NCBI GenBank assembly: GCA_963815115.1
Contig: CAWFFN010000007.1
Coordinates: forward strand, 736,001-800,000
Reading direction: 5' to 3'
From: an uncultured delta proteobacterium
GTDB lineage: Bacteria > Desulfobacterota > Binatia > DP-6
DNA length: 64,000 bases
Shown here piece by piece: positions 1 to 9,149 of this stretch. Numbering within the stretch: position 1 is the first letter of the stretch; each line of letters starts with the position of its first letter. The notes beneath the pieces are model-generated. The model saw only the letters and a list, made by a program, of their open reading frames with translations, searched no databases and was not told where the DNA came from. Position numbers and translations under genes: made by a program.

Positions 1-277
1 GGCCAAGGCCGGTGATCGGGGCACGCTCATCATCTCGGGGTCGCTCGCGCGGTCGCTCGGCCTACGCTGACTCGTCGCGCTCCGGACCTGGTTCATCGGG
101 GCCAGATAGGCCTGGAAGCGGCGCTCGGCGTCGCCGACCTGCGCACCGGCGCGAAGCTGACACCGCGCCGTCGCCGGAGGGCGACGCGACATGGAGAGGG
201 GAAAGCGCTGCGGCGCCGCCCCACCCGGTCGCAAGGCATGTCCCCGGGACCCATGCGTAGGTTCCCGTGCGTAGTAG

Positions 278-508
278 TGCCGGCCCGGCCATCAGACAGT
301 TACGGTCGCCGTACCGGGGAATGACCGCTATCCCGTCCTGGCGATCAACTTGCCGCTCGCGGCGCAAGTGCAGACGGAAAACAGCAATGGAAGTGACTTT
401 GACAAAGCGGAACCGCAGTTGATGCAGCTTCAATCACTCCACGATCGCGGTCTGATCTCCGACCAAGAGTACAAGCGGATGCGCAGCCGGCTGATCGAGC
501 GACTCTGA
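278..508 (+). pseudogene. Gene fragment ending in a SHOCT-like domain
   Basis: Frame reads ...DKAEPQLMQLQSLHDRGLISDQEYKRMRSRLIERL*, a SHOCT pattern. It follows tandem TAG stops at 272-277 and has no convincing start. Confidence 0.45.
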
Positions 509-923
509 CCCGAGTTGCGGTCATGGGGTGATTCCGCCGGTCGTGGTGACCTCCAACGAAGGCCGCGCCCACCCCGACGTGCGGCGCCGTCCTCGCACTC
601 GTTGACCGGCTCCCCGAGGACGTGGAGTCCCACGCGGCGCTCGTCGCCCAGGTGCTTGACCCTCTCCGAGAATGAGACCGTGCGACGAGCTCGCATGGGC
701 GCGCGTTCCTCGGAAACTCGCCGAGACGGGGGTGGTGTGATGACGGGCGATCGCGCCGTCAGGGTGCCAGGGGTTCGTCGAGGGGCGGCAGCGGAGCGCG
801 TCATCTTCGATGATCTCGCCGCGCGGGACGCACGACCGGACGCCGACTGAACACGGACAATCGGGGCGGTCCGCCAGTTGCGCCGGCCGCGCAGGCCGCC
901 GTAAGTTCCTGAACTTCCCTTGC

Positions 924-1007
924 GCCGGGATGGCGGAACTGGCAGACGCGGCGGACTTAAAATCCGCTGGCCGCAAGGCCGTGGGAGTTCGAGCCTCCCT
1001 CCCGGCA
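924..1007 (+). tRNA. tRNA-Leu(TAA)
   Basis: Acceptor stem GCCGGGA/TCCCGGC, anticodon arm GCGGA-CTTAAAA-TCCGC, long variable arm, GTTCGAG T-loop, discriminator A. CCA is not encoded. TTGCGC-N18-TAAGTT lies upstream at 878-907. Confidence 0.96.
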
Positions 1008-1133
1008 TCAACGCCTCACGGCGGCGGCCGAGTCGCGAATCAGGTGGCGTGTACCCGAACGTGTACCGACCCGAAGGGGACCGACACGGCGCACTCGCGG
1101 CCCGCGAAAAACGGGGGGCGCGGCCGGGCGCTC

Positions 1134-1418
1134 TCAGTACTCGTCGAGATGCTCGCGGACGATCACCTTGAGCATCGTCTGGTAGCCGAGCCCGCGCTTC
1201 GCGCCCTTGCGCCGGAGCGCATCGATCAGGGCGGGCTCCAGGACGATCGAGGTCGCCCGCGCCCGGGGACGGACCAAGACCCCCGTGCCCGCGGCCCGCA
1301 TGTCGTCACCGAGATCACGCCGCTCGAACTCCTTGAGCTGCGCGTCGACGGGCCGGCGCCGCCGCGCCGGCGCGGTCCTACGTGCCCTCTTGGCCTTCTT
1401 CGCTGCGCCGCTCTTCAT
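1134..1418 (-). CDS. BrnA/CopG-like antitoxin
   Basis: C-terminal ATSIVLEPALIDALRRKGAKRGLGYQTMLKVIVREHL (GYQT ribbon-helix-helix signature); overlaps the 3' end of the toxin gene. Confidence 0.85.
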   Translation of the reverse strand: MKSGAAKKAKRARRTAPARRRRPVDAQLKEFERRDLGDDMRAAGTGVLVRPRARATSIVLEPALIDALRRKGAKRGLGYQTMLKVIVREHLDEY

Positions 1419-1722
1419 GGAGCCTCCGTTCCTTGCGCCGCATCGCGCGGCAGCTGATTGGCCGTAGCGCGGCGCCGCGGCGGGTGAAGATGACCGTCAC
1501 TGGGCGGCCGGTCCCGGTCGTCCCGAGCGCGACCCAGCGCGCTTCCGTATGGACGGGCTCGACGACCCGCCCGAGCAGGTAGAGGAGGTCCCGGAAGACC
1601 GTCTCGATGTCGGCCGGCGTCAGCCCGTGCTTGGTGAGCTTCTCGGTGTTTGCGATATCCCATTCGACCTCCGGCGCGGTGGCGAGCCACGCTGCCGTCT
1701 CCGCATCCGCCACCCACCGCAT
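1378..1722 (-). CDS. BrnT family toxin (ribonuclease)
   Basis: EWDIANTEKLTKHGL...EARWVALG...VIFTRRG..RPISCR..RRKERR motifs. ATG at 1722 is preferred to the longer ORF-track start. Confidence 0.85.
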   Translation of the reverse strand: MRWVADAETAAWLATAPEVEWDIANTEKLTKHGLTPADIETVFRDLLYLLGRVVEPVHTEARWVALGTTGTGRPVTVIFTRRGAALRPISCRAMRRKERRLHEERRSEEGQEGT

Positions 1723-1739
1723 ACCTATCGTATAGGTAT
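1721..1739. promoter_or_regulatory. Palindromic operator over the TA promoter and start codon
   Basis: Perfect inverted repeat ATACCTAT-CGT-ATAGGTAT, AT-rich in a GC-rich context. Confidence 0.65.
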
Positions 1740-1960
1740 CGCGCAAGCGAGCTGCAAGCCTGCCGGGACCCCGCCACGCCACTGGACAGCGCGCCTTCGC
1801 CGCAATGTACTCGGCGTCGTCGGGATCGGCGTACCGTTGACCGCCGCGCAGCAGCTGGGCATGCTCCCTGGCCCATGAAGGTGCGGGTCGGGGACCGATA
1901 CGGATCACCTGACGTCCTGGTCCGCAGCAAGGTCGTCCTCACGGCCGAGCCGGTCGCACC

Positions 1961-2659
1961 ATGAGGATCTTCGTTGCCGGCGCGGCCGGAGCGATCGGCC
2001 GCCAGCTCATCCCGATCCTCGTCGACGCCGGCCACGACGTCGCCGGCACGACGCGATCTACCGAACGCGCGAAGTGGCTCGCATCGGCCGGGGCTCGCCC
2101 GGTCATCGTCGATGCCTACGACCGCGATGCGCTGCATGCGGCGCTGGCCGAGGCCCGGCCCGACGTCGTGGTCCATCAGCTGACCGATCTCGCCGGCGGC
2201 TTCGGCGCCGGGAACCTCGCGAGCAGCAGGCGACTGCGGGAGGTGGGCAGCCGGAACCTCGTCGATGCCGCCGTCGCTGCTGGAGCCGGTCGCCTGGTGG
2301 CCCAGAGCGGCGCCTGGCTCTATGCCGACGGCCCGCTGCCGCACGACGAATCGCATCCGCTTCGCACGCCGACGGACGATCCCCCGGATGTTTCACTGCC
2401 AGGGATCCTCGAGCTCGAGCGCGTCGTGATGGGCACGCCGGGGATCGATGGGATCGTGCTGCGCTACGGCTTCTTCTACGGACCGCACACGGCATGGAGA
2501 GCCGAGAACGCACCGGAGCCGCACGTCAGCGTCGAGGCAGCGGCCCGTGCCACTGCCGCGGCCGTCGAGCGGGGTCCGGCCGGGATCTACAACATCGTCG
2601 ACGACTCCGGCGCCATCAGCAACACCCGCGCCCGCGAATTGCTGGGCTGGCAGCCGTAG
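1961..2659 (+). CDS. NAD-dependent epimerase/dehydratase family protein
   Basis: MRIFVAGAAGAIG Rossmann motif, PDVVVHQLTDL, VLRYGFFYGP. Confidence 0.88.
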   Translation: MRIFVAGAAGAIGRQLIPILVDAGHDVAGTTRSTERAKWLASAGARPVIVDAYDRDALHAALAEARPDVVVHQLTDLAGGFGAGNLASSRRLREVGSRNLVDAAVAAGAGRLVAQSGAWLYADGPLPHDESHPLRTPTDDPPDVSLPGILELERVVMGTPGIDGIVLRYGFFYGPHTAWRAENAPEPHVSVEAAARATAAAVERGPAGIYNIVDDSGAISNTRARELLGWQP

Positions 2660-2809
2660 CGACCCAGCAGCACGTCAGGAAGCCGCCCTCCGGAAGGCCC
2701 GGACCGTTCCTCGAGCCCATCTCGATCGGGCTGCGGCAATACTTCGCGGGCCGCCCCGTTGGGCTCGCTCCCATGCGTACACCGGCCCGTCGAGCCGGCG
2801 GGCTTCGCC

Positions 2810-4159
2810 TCAGCCTCGGAGCAGGTCGAGCCCGAGCGCGCCGAGCAGCCGAGATCCGAGCATCGCCCCGACCGCCGCCGTGACCAGCCCGAAGGAGACC
2901 CACAGGACGACGTTCTGGGTCCAGGTGTTCCGGAGATGCGCCATGAGCTCGGCGTCGTTGGCGAGCCGGATCACGAAGAAGAGCACGATCGGCAGGAGCA
3001 GCCCGTTCAGCACCTGCACGCCGACCAGCCAGCGGATGACCGGCAAGCCAGGCAGGAGGGCGCCACCGGCGCCGATGATGACGAGCGCACTGAAGAGACC
3101 GAAGAAGGCCCCGGCACGCCGGAAATCCAGGTTCACGCTCTTGCGAAATCCGAACGCTTCCCCCAGCGCGTACGCGGTGGCGAGCGGCAGTACCGCCGCT
3201 GCGAGCAGGGAGGCGCCGAGCAGTCCCACCGCGAAGAGCCAACCCGCGGCACGGCCCGCCACGGGTTCGAGTGCCCTGGCGGCATCTGCAGCGGTCTCGA
3301 TGTGCAGGTGGCCCGTCCGGTGCAGGGTCGCCGCCGTGGCCATGATCATGAAGATCGACATCAGGTTCGAGAACCCGACGCCGAGGTACGCATCCACGCG
3401 CTCCGGACCGTAGTGCCGGCGAGCGGCGCCGCGCTCCACGATCGAGCTCTGCTGATACACCTGCATGTACGGAGTGATGGTGGTGCCGATCAGCCCGACC
3501 AGCAGGAAGACGTATTCCGGATCGTGATGCAGCGTGGGCACGAATGCGCCCCGTGCGACCGCAGCCCAGTCCGGACCGCTCACCAGGGCAGCCGCGGGGT
3601 ACGCGAAGAAGACGAGCGTCATGACGATGAAGATCTTCTCCACGCTGCTGTAGCTGCCGAACACCACCAGATACCAGAGCGCAAGAGCCGCGATCGGAAT
3701 CGCGATCACGCGATTCAGGCCGAGCAGCTCCGCGGCCGCCCCGATCCCCACGAACTCGCTGCACACCAGCCCCGTGTTGGCGATCACGAGCACGGTCACG
3801 GCGCACAGGGACCACCCGAGCCCCAGTCGCTCGCGGATCAGATCGAGCAAGCCGCGCCCGGTGGCCGCGCCGAGGCGCGCACAGGTCTCCTGGACCGCCC
3901 CCAGCGAGATGGTCATCACGAGCATCACCCAGATCAGCCGGTAGCCGTAGCGTGCGCCGACGGCGCTGTAGGTCGCGATACCGCCGGCGTCGTTGCCCGC
4001 GGCGCTGGCGATGAGTCCGGGACCGAGGATCAGGAACCAGCGCAGCGCCCCTGCCGGCGGGGTCCCGAGTCGTTGCAGGGAGATGCTCCGGCCCCTCAGG
4101 TGCAATCGGATACCCGCATCGCATGGTCGCGGAACGGCGGGGAGCCGACGCTCGGGCAC
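2810..4159 (-). CDS. Nramp/SLC11-related divalent metal transporter (NRMT-like); start uncertain
   Basis: LGPGLIASAAGNDAGGIATYS, GLIGTTITPYM, about 11 hydrophobic segments. GTG at 4159 chosen because it avoids overlap with the upstream gene. Confidence 0.85.
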   Translation of the reverse strand: MPERRLPAVPRPCDAGIRLHLRGRSISLQRLGTPPAGALRWFLILGPGLIASAAGNDAGGIATYSAVGARYGYRLIWVMLVMTISLGAVQETCARLGAATGRGLLDLIRERLGLGWSLCAVTVLVIANTGLVCSEFVGIGAAAELLGLNRVIAIPIAALALWYLVVFGSYSSVEKIFIVMTLVFFAYPAAALVSGPDWAAVARGAFVPTLHHDPEYVFLLVGLIGTTITPYMQVYQQSSIVERGAARRHYGPERVDAYLGVGFSNLMSIFMIMATAATLHRTGHLHIETAADAARALEPVAGRAAGWLFAVGLLGASLLAAAVLPLATAYALGEAFGFRKSVNLDFRRAGAFFGLFSALVIIGAGGALLPGLPVIRWLVGVQVLNGLLLPIVLFFVIRLANDAELMAHLRNTWTQNVVLWVSFGLVTAAVGAMLGSRLLGALGLDLLRG

Positions 4160-4203
4160 CTCCGCGATCGGCTCCAGGCCCTGCCGGGGCGCGCTGGATG
4201 CGC

Positions 4204-5478
4204 TCACGAGAAGACGTTGCGGGTGCGTGCCCGCCAGCTCGCAGGTGCGATCCGCGCGAGCGCGGCATCGGCCGTGACGGCACCGAGGATGCGTCCGGCC
4301 TCGCCAACGACTGGCAGCGCCTGCACGCGGTGGTCGATCACCTCGTTGCACGCCGGCGTCGCCGGATCGAGGGGCGCGAGAGCGGTCACGTACGGGTTCA
4401 TCACGCCGTGCAGAGAGGCGTCGGCATCAGCGGTCAGCAGGCCTCGCAGCGTGACCATGCCGCGGAGGTGGCGCGACTCGAGATCGTCCACGACGTAGGC
4501 GTAGTAGACGAACGCCGGCGTCACCAGAGACTCGTGCAGGCGGCGCGACGCCTCCGCGACCGTCGCATGCTCCGGGAGCAGGACGACGTCGTTGGTCATG
4601 ATGCCCCCCACCGTGTCCTCGGGGTACTGCAGGAGCTCCAGCACGAGGGTGCGCCGGGACGCGGGCAGGCGATCGAGCTGGCGTCCCGCGAGGCCAGGCT
4701 CCAGCCGCGCCAGGAGATCGGTCGCGGCGTCCGGGGCAAGCCACGCGAGCAGATCGGACGCGTGCTCTTCGTCCAGCTCCTCGAATATCTGGATCTGGCG
4801 CTCGGGTGCGAGCACCGCGAACACCTCGGCAGCCAGAGGACCCGGCAAGAGGCCAATCAGCTCCGCCCCGTGGAGATACGGCAGCGCGTTGCTGAGCCGC
4901 GCGATCTCACCCGGCGGCAGACGGGCAATGCGACCACAGGTCGCCTCGTCGGCCCGACGGTCGGAGGTGCCGCGCAGGAATACCACGTATCTCCAGTCGC
5001 TGACTTCGGCCTCGGACACCGAGGGCCACCGGCCCCGGGTCAGCCGGCGAACGATCGCCCGCGCACTCGTGTCGGCGGCCCGCAGGCGCAGGCCGCCGTC
5101 GTGGTACGCGAGGAGGAGGTCGTTCACCCTGGCCGCTCCGCGGCGCTGCAGGTCAATGACGAGGCTGTCGAGCAGGTCGTGGATCAGCAGGGCCCCGTGA
5201 GGTCCGTCCGCGGCCGCCGCGGGCGGCGGCGCCGCGAGGTCGTCGATCCGGAGGTCGCATCCCGACTCCGACAGCCGGACCTCCGGCGCGGCCAGCTCGC
5301 GAGGCGCGTTCCGGCGACCGACCAGCAACCGCCCCACCTTCGGGTAGTCGCCCTCTCGCAGGTCGACCGCCAGGTCGAGCAGAGGCGCCGACCGGCCGCG
5401 CGCATCGACGACCTCGCCATGCCTCAGGTGCGCAAGTGAGACCAGCGATCGCTGGCCCGGGGAGTCGTGATCCGTCAT
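4204..5478 (-). CDS. Soluble MgtE N-terminal domain + CBS pair protein (no membrane domain)
   Basis: LAPDAATDLL...LLQYPEDTVGGIMT, YYAYVVDD..HLRGMVTLRGLL, LPVVGEAGRILGAVT; ends without the MgtE TM domain. Confidence 0.85.
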   Translation of the reverse strand: MTDHDSPGQRSLVSLAHLRHGEVVDARGRSAPLLDLAVDLREGDYPKVGRLLVGRRNAPRELAAPEVRLSESGCDLRIDDLAAPPPAAAADGPHGALLIHDLLDSLVIDLQRRGAARVNDLLLAYHDGGLRLRAADTSARAIVRRLTRGRWPSVSEAEVSDWRYVVFLRGTSDRRADEATCGRIARLPPGEIARLSNALPYLHGAELIGLLPGPLAAEVFAVLAPERQIQIFEELDEEHASDLLAWLAPDAATDLLARLEPGLAGRQLDRLPASRRTLVLELLQYPEDTVGGIMTNDVVLLPEHATVAEASRRLHESLVTPAFVYYAYVVDDLESRHLRGMVTLRGLLTADADASLHGVMNPYVTALAPLDPATPACNEVIDHRVQALPVVGEAGRILGAVTADAALARIAPASWRARTRNVFS

Positions 5479-5750
5479 GGCGGCGAAGCGTGGGCGGGGG
5501 ATCCTGCGCGTCCCTCGATCAGCGATCCGATGCGGTCAGCAAGGCGCCGCAGCTTCTCAGGGCGAGGCACCGTGCCACTGGTCCTGCATCTCGTTCGGTC
5601 GGAGTGACAATGACACGCCGGCTACGATGAGGGGAGACCGAATCTGCCGTCTCCGCCGGGATCGCGGTCCGCGGCCGCTCATGTCCTTGTCAGCTTGCTC
5701 CTCGCGACGACGCCATGCCCTCGCCGTCCTGGCGCAGCGATCGGCACCGC

Positions 5751-6191
5751 TCAGGACTGCCCGCTCGTCTCGCGTACCTTGGCATGGGAGCCGGGCCAGG
5801 TCTCGTGCTGCGGCAACCCGTCGGTGATCGTGAACCAGGGGGCCTTCGAGCCGACGAAGAAGTGCCCTTCCGGCGCATTGCTCGGAGCCTGCTCCAGGCC
5901 GCCAAGAGGAACGCCGATCTTCGCGGGATCGTCGTCGTACGTGCTGATGAGATTCGAACCGCATATGGAGCAGAAGTGCTTCACGACGCACTCGGAGGAA
6001 TGGTAGCGACCCAGCAGGTCCTCGCCCCTGGTCCATGTGAACTGTGACGCATTGATCGTGGCGCGGGTCCGGAACGCCGCGCCGTGCCAGCGTCGGCACT
6101 TGGAGCAGTGACAGTGAAAGATCGGGCCGAGCTCGCCCCGAATCTCGTACGCGATGCCCTCGCACAAGCAGCGACCGGTGAGGAGTTGCAT
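5751..6191 (-). CDS. GFA (CENP-V) family Zn-binding protein
   Basis: GRCLC, CHCSKCRR, FCSICGS, HFFVGSKAPW. Confidence 0.9.
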   Translation of the reverse strand: MQLLTGRCLCEGIAYEIRGELGPIFHCHCSKCRRWHGAAFRTRATINASQFTWTRGEDLLGRYHSSECVVKHFCSICGSNLISTYDDDPAKIGVPLGGLEQAPSNAPEGHFFVGSKAPWFTITDGLPQHETWPGSHAKVRETSGQS

Positions 6192-6264
6192 GGATTCCTC
6201 ATTAGCCCGATCGCCTCCTCACCGCGACACCGCAGCGCCCAGGCACGCATCGCATGGAGCTGCG

Positions 6265-6909
6265 CTAGTTGTTGTGACCCTTCTTGTTGGGATGCGACTG
6301 GTTGGGATGCGGCTGGGCATTCTGGTGCTGAGCGCCCTGCACCCGAGCGGGTTGAGGATGACCGGGCATTGCCGGAGGCTGGCTTTCGAACCTCGCGCCG
6401 TCATGCCTCCCGTTGGGACCACCCGGTCCTCCTTGACCGCCCTGACCGCCTTGGTTCCCTGGCTGCTGGTGAGCGTGGACCCTCTGACCTCCCGTATGAA
6501 CGTCGCCCTGGACGTGGACGCGCTGGTAGTTCCAGGGACGCCCGTTCCACGTGTGATGGGCGTAGTTGTACCTCCAGTTCCGCGGCACCCCACGGTAGAA
6601 CGCCGGGACGCCTCCATACGGAACCCAACCTCGATCGTAGTACGCGGAGCGGTACCAGCCTGCTCCATAGGGACGCCACCAGTAGCCGCTGGCGAAGAAG
6701 AGATCCGTCGCGAGGTCCGGCACAACGTACACGTTGGTGCCGGGAAGCACGACCGTCTCGGGCTGTCCCTCATAGGCGACCGGTGGAGGTTCATCCCCGA
6801 CCTGTTGCACCACGGGAGCAACTCGAGGCTGGACGTAGCCGGGTTGAACGTAGCACCCAGCTGCCAGAATGCTCGCCAACGAAAGCATCGTACGCGACAA
6901 GTGTTTCAT
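6265..6909 (-). CDS. Putative lipoprotein with aromatic-rich core and Q/H/G low-complexity tail
   Basis: GGAGA RBS before ATG 6909; lipobox LAAGC; YWWRPY..GWYRS..Y.RGW segment. Confidence 0.7.
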   Translation of the reverse strand: MKHLSRTMLSLASILAAGCYVQPGYVQPRVAPVVQQVGDEPPPVAYEGQPETVVLPGTNVYVVPDLATDLFFASGYWWRPYGAGWYRSAYYDRGWVPYGGVPAFYRGVPRNWRYNYAHHTWNGRPWNYQRVHVQGDVHTGGQRVHAHQQPGNQGGQGGQGGPGGPNGRHDGARFESQPPAMPGHPQPARVQGAQHQNAQPHPNQSHPNKKGHNN

Positions 6910-7374
6910 TGGTCTCCAGTTCCGTGCGTCACTCGACTTGCTCACCCGAGGACCGATTTCCTGGTGGACGCGACCTTGGCTCCGTTCTCTGAGCTCACTA
7001 CAGTAGCTAGAGAACCCGTGCTAGCCTAGTCCTCCTCCCTAGTCTGTCATCTCTCAGCATCGGCTAGACTCCTCTCATACGGCCGGACCTCCAGTCAAGC
7101 AAAGATGACGAGAGGGCTGAGACCAGCCAGACGAGGCGGATCGCATGGCGAGTGCCTGGTCGCCTCGGGCCGCGGCTCCCGGCCGCGCGGGGACGAGGTT
7201 CGTGCCCTCACCCCCCCTGGACAGGGGCGCACTGATCGACCGGCTCCTGGGGCGCTCGCCCCGGGCGCGGCCCCCCGACTCTTTTGTAGGAACCGACCGG
7301 TAGCTCTTACGGCCCCGCGCCAGCTCGGGCCCCGCTCCCTACCTTCCTCCGGCCCACGATCCGCCAGGCGACCC

Positions 7375-7390
7375 TGGCAACCGATTTGCT
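7375..7390 (+). promoter_or_regulatory. sigma54 (-24/-12) promoter
   Basis: TGGCAA-CCGAT-TTGCT with exact GG-N10-GC spacing, 58 nt upstream of the hemerythrin ATG. Confidence 0.65.
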
Positions 7391-7448
7391 GGCAATCCCC
7401 AGGAGCCGCCATGAGCGGCGCAACGCCTTTTACCCTCGGGAGGGCCGG

Positions 7449-7910
7449 ATGAACGCCATTCAGTTTCTGAAGAAGCAGCACGCGGAGGCCAAGGCGGGCT
7501 TCGAGAAGATCGAGAAGGGACACGGGAAGGACCGTGGCCTGCTCTGGAAGCACCTGAGCCCGGAGCTCGAGCTCCACGAGCAGATGGAGGAGAAGCACCT
7601 CTACGGTCCCGTCTCCCAGGAGACGACGGAGCCGGCGCTCGCCTCCTGGCCGGACCGGCATGCCCGCGAGGTCCACGAAGCGGAGCAGCTGATCGCGACC
7701 ATCGACCGCGGGTCGCCGGAAGATCGCGAGTGGCTGGACGCGGTGAAGCGCCTGCACGCCGCGCTCGAGAAGCACATCCACGAGGAGGAGCGCGAGATCT
7801 GGCCCAGGATCGAACGGGTGTGGGACAGGGCACAGCTCGAGCAGGCGGGAGAGCGGATGGCGGCGATGAAGGAGGAAGGGGGCCGCGAGCAGGCGAGGAA
7901 GCACGCGTAG
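7449..7910 (+). CDS. Hemerythrin/HHE cation-binding domain protein
   Basis: LKKQH, HEQMEEKHLYG, HIHEEEREIWP motifs; GGGAGGG RBS. Confidence 0.85.
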   Translation: MNAIQFLKKQHAEAKAGFEKIEKGHGKDRGLLWKHLSPELELHEQMEEKHLYGPVSQETTEPALASWPDRHAREVHEAEQLIATIDRGSPEDREWLDAVKRLHAALEKHIHEEEREIWPRIERVWDRAQLEQAGERMAAMKEEGGREQARKHA

Positions 7911-7962
7911 CACTCTCCGCTCGGCAACCTCTGTTGACTCATCCGCCGGGGACCGCTCAGAC

Positions 7963-9138
7963 ATGGGCGCCATGTCCCGGTCCTTCGGCCTCGGCGTTCT
8001 CGTCGCGGGAGCAATCCTGGCCCTCGCGACGGGAGCGGACGCGGTGGCGCCACTCGCGCGGCGCGCCGACAGGGCGCTCAACGGGGCGCTCGGCAATCTG
8101 GTCACGATGCGGGACGGGCCGCCCGGTGTCATCGCCGTCGTGCAGCGGGGTGCGCGTCTCGACGTCCACGTCGCGGGGACCGGCAACATCGTCACGCGGC
8201 AGCCTTCACTCACCACCGACCACATGCGGATCGCGAGCGTCGCCAAGGCCTTCAGCGGGGCCGTCGCCCTGTCGCTCGTCAACGACGGCGTGCTCTCGCT
8301 CGACGACACCATCGGGGTGCGGCTGCCGGACCTCCCTGCCGCATGGCACGGCGTCACCCTGCGACAGCTCCTCAATCACACGGGGGGAGTGCCCGACTTC
8401 CTCGCGAGCCAGGCGGCCCAGCAGGCGATCTTCGCGTCGCTCCTCGATCCGCCACCGCCCCGGCAGCTCCTCGATTTCGTGAAGAACGAGCCCCTCGGCC
8501 CGGGCGCCGGTCGCCGCTATCACTACTCGAACTCCGACAACATCATCGTCGGGCTGATGGTGGAGGCCGCGACGCACGACACCTACGAGCACCAGCTCGC
8601 GCAGCGGGTCACGGGCCCCCTGGGACTTCCCGAGACGACGCTGCCGCGCGGTGCCGAGATGCCCGCCCCTTTCATCCACGGCTACGACCTCGGCGACGAC
8701 GCGATCTTCGAGGACGTCAGCGAGATCTTCGCCGCGGGCTGGGCCTGGGCGTCCGGTGGCATCGTCTCGACACCCCAGGACCTCAATCGCTTCATCCGCG
8801 GCTACGTCGGCGGCGCCCTGTTCCGGGCCGACGTGCAGGCGGAGCAGCGCCGCTTCATCCGCGGCGGCGGCTCGGAGCCGCGCGGGCCCGGAATGAACGC
8901 TTCCGGACTGGCTCTGTTCCGTTACACGACCCGTTGCGGCACGGTCTACGGCCACACCGGCAACACGTTCGGATACACCCAGTTCGCGGCCGCGAGCAGC
9001 GATGGCAGCCGGTCCGTGACCGTCGCGATCAATCTCCAGCGCACGCAGGAGACCAAAGGAAGGCAGGCGCGCGCCGTCTTCCGCGCGCTCCGCCAGACCG
9101 AGCTCCTCGCCGTGTGCGCGGCGCTCGCCCGCGGCTGA
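7963..9138 (+). CDS. Secreted serine hydrolase (beta-lactamase C / D-Ala-D-Ala carboxypeptidase family)
   Basis: SVAK (SxxK), LLNHTGG, YSN, GHTG motifs; signal peptide. Confidence 0.9.
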   Translation: MGAMSRSFGLGVLVAGAILALATGADAVAPLARRADRALNGALGNLVTMRDGPPGVIAVVQRGARLDVHVAGTGNIVTRQPSLTTDHMRIASVAKAFSGAVALSLVNDGVLSLDDTIGVRLPDLPAAWHGVTLRQLLNHTGGVPDFLASQAAQQAIFASLLDPPPPRQLLDFVKNEPLGPGAGRRYHYSNSDNIIVGLMVEAATHDTYEHQLAQRVTGPLGLPETTLPRGAEMPAPFIHGYDLGDDAIFEDVSEIFAAGWAWASGGIVSTPQDLNRFIRGYVGGALFRADVQAEQRRFIRGGGSEPRGPGMNASGLALFRYTTRCGTVYGHTGNTFGYTQFAAASSDGSRSVTVAINLQRTQETKGRQARAVFRALRQTELLAVCAALARG

Positions 9139-9149
9139 CGGGCTTCCCG

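Noticed and set aside
924-1007. bldA-like translational control by tRNA-Leu(UAA)
   Set aside because: This tRNA is near-universal, and TTA-dependent regulation cannot be supported without genome-wide codon counts.
5565-5580. Possible sigma54 promoter (TGGCACGGTGCCTCGC, minus strand) or metal riboswitch upstream of the MgtE-like gene
   Set aside because: GG-GC spacing is off by one, and I could not recognise an M-box or yybP-ykoY consensus by eye.
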